From Betaproteobacteria bacterium (GTDB taxonomy: Bacteria > Pseudomonadota > Gammaproteobacteria > Burkholderiales > Burkholderiaceae_C), in NCBI GenBank assembly GCA_031394235.1, contig JANMXG010000398.1, positions 1 through 46,687 of the forward strand: a stretch of 46,687 bases of DNA, given 5' to 3'. The notes beneath the pieces were generated by a model. The model ran no database searches and was not told the origin of the DNA. It saw only the letters and a list, made by a program, of their open reading frames with translations. Positions 46,332 through 46,687 of the stretch are shown one piece after another (the first letter of the stretch is position 1; every line of letters starts with the position of its first letter). Both the position numbers and the translations under genes were made by a program.

Positions 46332-46687
46332 TTTCAACTCCTGTGGCCCAAATCACCCATTGTGTTTTGGATATTCTGTAAAAAACGCGTGGGTGCGGCG
46401 ATGGCGGCGCAAAAAATTCGAAAAACTGCTCGCTGCGGCGCCCGCTCTCGTGCTAAGGCTTTTATTTGCGTGGTCCGCGGCAGGCGCTGCCTTGCGTCTG
46501 CCTACAGGCATTGCAGTCGGGGCGGGCCAGGCCTCGTGCCCGCAGCGCGCCTTTGCACAAGCTTATGAGCGCACCGGTGGGTGCGCTGACCCAGCGTCGG
46601 CCTGGTCGGCAACGATTGCGGGCAGGAACCGCCAACCCCTGGGGGCTGACACAGTGCGGTACCCGGCGGCGGCCGGGCGAAAACAAG

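Noticed and set aside
46377-46393. TGTAAAAAAA upstream of the methyltransferase as a PrsR box
   Set aside because: Lacks the CCGACA half and has no downstream GG-N10-GC promoter.

Overview
High-GC bacterial DNA. Gene content (prsK/prsR/prsT, a PepA-like protein, a short PutA) suggests a floc-forming Burkholderiales betaproteobacterium; this is inference. I found no rRNA, tRNA, CRISPR array or transposase. Left part (1-13 kb): 3' end of a YhaN/AAA_27 SMC-like ATPase, a P-type ATPase remnant truncated at its TGD motif, a DUF4337 gene, a PEP-CTERM gene with its own sigma54 promoter, an Mla/MCE ABC operon, an FMN reductase, a PRC-barrel protein and a Crp/Fnr regulator with two candidate palindromic sites. 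Middle (13-34.6 kb): MFS transporter, CaiB/racemase, NUDIX-metallo-beta-lactamase fusion and serine hydrolase; then an orphan prsT paralogue, putA, cupin, M20 peptidase, ABM protein, MFS, NUDIX, M16 protease, amidase and a PhoD-like gene. Right part (34.9-46.7 kb): a PEP-CTERM/exopolysaccharide regulatory locus (sugar transferase, prsK, prsR, prsT, pepA) and a SAM methyltransferase. Top candidate for something new: a FeeM-type N-acyl amino acid synthase fused to a C-terminal PilZ domain directly upstream of the prs operon, which may be a c-di-GMP-gated lipoamino-acid synthase tied to floc/biofilm formation. Also notable: a near-identical enhancer + IHF + sigma54 promoter module upstream of both PEP-CTERM genes about 38 kb apart, and many short tandem-repeat expansions inside proteins.
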